A DNA stretch of 62,825 nt, counting the filler, from Candidatus Huberarchaeum crystalense (lineage in GTDB: Archaea; Huberarchaeota; Huberarchaeia; Huberarchaeales; Huberarchaeaceae), in NCBI GenBank assembly GCA_002790315.1. It is 10 parts of 10 records of this genome, joined end to end, with 100 filler letters (N's around TTAATTAATTAA, not from the genome) between each part and the next. Parts side by side here need not be neighbours in the genome. Positions count along the whole stretch, not along the records: positions 59,916 to 61,142 come from PFUW01000019.1; positions 61,243 to 62,825 come from PFUW01000002.1; 8 more parts are not named here. One strand, written 5' to 3'. This document shows, piece by piece, positions 60,036-62,825 of this stretch (position 1 is its first letter; every line of letters starts with the position of its first letter). Below the pieces are notes generated by a model. The model ran no database searches. It saw only the letters and a program-made list of their open reading frames with translations, and was not told the DNA's origin. Position numbers and translations under genes: made by a program.

Positions 60036-61052
60036 ATGGTTGATTTTTTAGATGTTTTAGCAGAATATAGGGAGTTAGTTTTTAATAAATTAATAAAAGA
60101 AATACCCCAAAAAGAACCTTATGGCCATTATGAAATTTTAAGAGATTATCCTCTGAGAAAAGGAAAATACATACGCTCTTTTTTGCTTTTGGTTGCTTGT
60201 GAAATGTTTGGAGGTGAAAAAGATAAAGCACTAAATACTGCTGTTGCAATGCAGTTGAGTGAAGAGTGGCTTTTGATTCACGATGATATTGAAGATGATT
60301 CAGACATGCGGCGGGGAAAACCAGTATTACACAAACTTTATACTATTCCTATGGCAATAAATGCTGGTGATGCTTTGTATTTAATAATGACAAAAGTGCT
60401 TCAAAGAAACAGAAATATTTTGGGCGAAGATTTGACTTTTGAAATAATGGATATTATGAATAACACACTTGAAAAGACCGCTGAAGGCCAATATTTAGAA
60501 ATATATTTGACACAAAAAGTTAAAGATAACTTTTCTGATGAGGACTATTATAAAATTGTTGAAGTCAAAACCTGTTTATATACGATTATAACACCATTAG
60601 TGTTAGGTGCGCGCATTGCAGGTGTCCCAAAAGAAAATATAAATTTTATTTACTCAGCAGGCGATGCATTAGGAAAAGCGTTTCAAATTCAGGACGACAT
60701 ATTAAATATAGTTAGCGAAGAAAAGGTATATGGAAAAGAGATTGCAGGTGATATTTGGGAAGGAAAGTTGACTTTGATGTTTGCGCATTTGATAAGAACA
60801 TGCTCTGCTGAAGAAAAAGCAAAAGTCATAGAAGTATTTAAGAAAAAAAGAAGTTATAAAACAAATGAAGATGTGCAATTTGTATTAGATTTAATAAAAA
60901 AATACAAATCTGTTGATTATGCGCGCGCAAAAGCAATTGAATTTGCCAACAAAGCAAGAGAAATTTTTGCTAAATCAACAGAAAACATAAGCAATATACA
61001 CAAAGATATGCTTTTAAGCGCCTTTGAATTTATGATTACACGAAAATCATGA
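60036..61052 (+). CDS. Polyprenyl diphosphate synthase (GGPP synthase-like)
   Basis: GK..R, LIHDDIED.S..RRG.P, NAGD, GQ, KT, FQIQDD, D..EGK. Confidence 0.93.
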   Translation: MVDFLDVLAEYRELVFNKLIKEIPQKEPYGHYEILRDYPLRKGKYIRSFLLLVACEMFGGEKDKALNTAVAMQLSEEWLLIHDDIEDDSDMRRGKPVLHKLYTIPMAINAGDALYLIMTKVLQRNRNILGEDLTFEIMDIMNNTLEKTAEGQYLEIYLTQKVKDNFSDEDYYKIVEVKTCLYTIITPLVLGARIAGVPKENINFIYSAGDALGKAFQIQDDILNIVSEEKVYGKEIAGDIWEGKLTLMFAHLIRTCSAEEKAKVIEVFKKKRSYKTNEDVQFVLDLIKKYKSVDYARAKAIEFANKAREIFAKSTENISNIHKDMLLSAFEFMITRKS

Positions 61053-61142
61053 AAAAAATTTATCCATTTATTGAATTGTGCAGACCCTTTACCTCTGCAT
61101 TAACTTCACTCGCGGTTGTTGCCGCAATATTAATTGAAGCAG
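61049..61142 (+). CDS. UbiA-family prenyltransferase, N-terminal fragment (DGGGP synthase candidate)
   Basis: MKKIYPFIELCRPFTSALTSLAVVAAILIEA has the ..L.RP motif before the first TM helix; ATGA overlap with the polyprenyl synthase. Confidence 0.6.
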
Positions 61143-61247
61143 NNNNNNNNNNNNNNNNNNNNNNNNNNNNNNNNNNNNNNNNNNNNTTAATTAATTAANN
61201 NNNNNNNNNNNNNNNNNNNNNNNNNNNNNNNNNNNNNNNNNNTGGGG

Positions 61248-61913
61248 GTGATATCAGGAGTTGTTGGTTCTTTGAAAGAAATAAATAAAGACACTATAAG
61301 GTTACTGAGTCTTTTTGATAAAGAAATAAAACCTATAATAAAAAAAGACGCAAAAATCCTAGACTTGGGGTTTGGGCCACTAGCAAGGTTTTCGATAGAG
61401 TTCGCGAAAAGAGGATACCGCGTTACAGGAATAGACATTTCTAAAACAATATTAAAATGCGCTAAAAAATATATTGATAAGGCGAACGTTAAAGTAAGAC
61501 TTTTAAAAGGAGATATAACAGAAATAGACAAAATCAGAGAAAAATTTGATTTAGTTTTCTGTTACGCCACATTCTATCACATTCCTCCTCATCTCACTGG
61601 AATTTCTTTGATAAAGATAAACAACATATTAAATAAAGATGGAAGATTATTTGTAGAGTTTGGGACAATCACTAAAAAAAGCTTGAAAGATTACATAAGA
61701 ACGCCTTTTTATTTGGGGGGTCACTATATCAAGAGATTATTTGGAAAAGGATTCCATGTTAATGTTAGCAGATTTACGTCGAGAGAAATCGAGGAAATGG
61801 TCGAAAAAGCAGGGTTCGAAATAGAAAAAAAAATCGGAAAATCCATTTTCCTACTAACCAAAAAAAATAATAAAAAAGCTTTTTGCGAATTGCTCAAAAT
61901 TAATAGAAGATGA
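61248..61913 (+). CDS. Class I SAM-dependent methyltransferase (possibly 5'-truncated)
   Basis: ILDLG.G, VTGIDIS, GD, FDLV, H, L...G.L. Confidence 0.85.
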   Translation: MISGVVGSLKEINKDTIRLLSLFDKEIKPIIKKDAKILDLGFGPLARFSIEFAKRGYRVTGIDISKTILKCAKKYIDKANVKVRLLKGDITEIDKIREKFDLVFCYATFYHIPPHLTGISLIKINNILNKDGRLFVEFGTITKKSLKDYIRTPFYLGGHYIKRLFGKGFHVNVSRFTSREIEEMVEKAGFEIEKKIGKSIFLLTKKNNKKAFCELLKINRR

Positions 61914-62023
61914 CAAGTTTAGGAAAAAAATGTCAGAAAATTGTACGGAAATTATTAGAAATGGTAAATTCTCAATCGCAGAAAGGAATAAAAAATTAAA
62001 AAGAATTTATGGGGGGCACTAAA

Positions 62024-62716
62024 ATGAAAAAACCATATGTTTCAATAATAATACCTTTATACAATCCAAAGAAGCAATTACTGGAAAAGATAATCAAAGA
62101 GATAAAATGCCAAAAGGGTAAACTTCAATTTGAAGTGATTAAAATAAAGGGAGATCGTGGGCTGGCGAATGCATATAATCAAGGAATAAGAAAATCAAAA
62201 GGAGAAATAATAATAACTTTACATCAAGATTGTATGCCTTTAGAAAAGAATTCTATTACAAAATTAATAAATCCATTTAGAGATGAGAAAGTAGTTTTAG
62301 TTTATTCTTGGGTTATGGAAAAGGACGAAAAAAGAAAATATTATCCTTTTGCTCCTGATGGAAAGTTTACTGCATTTAGAAAATCGGCTTTAGAAGAAGT
62401 TGGATTATTTAATGAAATAGTTTTTTTTACAGGGGGGGAAGATGTTGATATGTGGTTGAAGTTAAAGAAAATCGGAAAAATAGTCCGAGTTAAAACAGGT
62501 ATCTTGCATATTCATCCTAATTATAAAGGGAATAAAACAATAGAGAAAAGAAGACAAAATGGAAGTATTAATGGTGCTTTAACAAAAATTTGGGGGATTA
62601 GAAATCCAAAGTGGTTTAAATCAATACTTCTTTGTTTTATCTTTCCATTTTCATATGGGAAAGAATATATCAAAGCATATATTTCAGGTAAACAAACATA
62701 TAGGAGAAAAGAATGA
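62024..62716 (+). CDS. GT2 glycosyltransferase
   Basis: VSIIIP.YN, GLA.A.N.G, HQD, FR.SAL..VG.F, GED.D. Confidence 0.85.
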   Translation: MKKPYVSIIIPLYNPKKQLLEKIIKEIKCQKGKLQFEVIKIKGDRGLANAYNQGIRKSKGEIIITLHQDCMPLEKNSITKLINPFRDEKVVLVYSWVMEKDEKRKYYPFAPDGKFTAFRKSALEEVGLFNEIVFFTGGEDVDMWLKLKKIGKIVRVKTGILHIHPNYKGNKTIEKRRQNGSINGALTKIWGIRNPKWFKSILLCFIFPFSYGKEYIKAYISGKQTYRRKE

Positions 62717-62825
62717 AAAATCAAAAAATTTACGATTGCTTTACATTTTTCAATGAACTGGATTTGTTGGAGTTGAGACTAGAAATATTGAATAAATATG
62801 TCGACAAATTTGTCCTAGTTGAAAT
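62713..62825 (+). CDS. GT17-family (MGAT3-like) glycosyltransferase, N-terminal fragment
   Basis: MKNQKIYDCFTFFNELDLLELRLEILNKYVDKFVLVE has the GT17 signature D.F.F.NELD.LE.R...L...VD.FV.VE. Confidence 0.8.
   Translation, partial: MKNQKIYDCFTFFNELDLLELRLEILNKYVDKFVLVE

Noticed and set aside
2577-61052. Alternative genetic code
   Set aside because: Conserved genes are full length under code 11 and use TAA, TAG and TGA as stops.
2191-61242. Recurrent TTAATTAATTAA palindrome
   Set aside because: It is always embedded in N-runs of fixed total length, so it is an artificial contig linker. ORFs ending in X...LIN are artefacts of it.

Overview
This window is ten contigs joined by artificial linkers (N-run/TTAATTAATTAA/N-run), so gene adjacency across a linker means nothing. 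Contigs 2-9 (2291-61142) are AT-rich DNA from a fast-evolving, reduced archaeon of DPANN type; a Huberarchaeota-like identity is my unverified guess. They carry archaeal housekeeping genes (EF-1A, aRF1, aIF2a, uS15, eL15, rpo5-rpo2-fused rpo1, rpo6, GlyRS, class I LysRS, IleRS, GatB, Kae1, aTrm56, Pop5, Rpp30, FEN-1, aCPSF1, topoisomerase IA, FtsZ, PyrG, Ndk), isoprenoid-lipid genes, surface-protein fragments, six tRNAs and the SRP RNA. Contig 1 (1-2190) looks bacterial and holds an XRE/C - m5C MTase - HinP1I-like REase - Vsr cassette predicted to target GCGC. The last contig (glycosyltransferases) also looks compositionally foreign. The main signals are: (i) HIP1-like over-representation of GCGCGC/GCGCGCGC in the archaeal contigs (about 50 sites by hand count versus about 1 expected); (ii) candidate structured RNAs between trm56 and ftsZ, including a ~165-nt unit with three co-varying GGGG-capped hairpins and a K-turn; (iii) an RNA polymerase with fused Rpo1, a degenerate bridge helix and trigger loop, and no Rpo2 clamp Zn-finger; (iv) frequent 48-82 bp tandem duplications at gene and tRNA termini. 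All calls come from motif recognition by eye; no searches were run.
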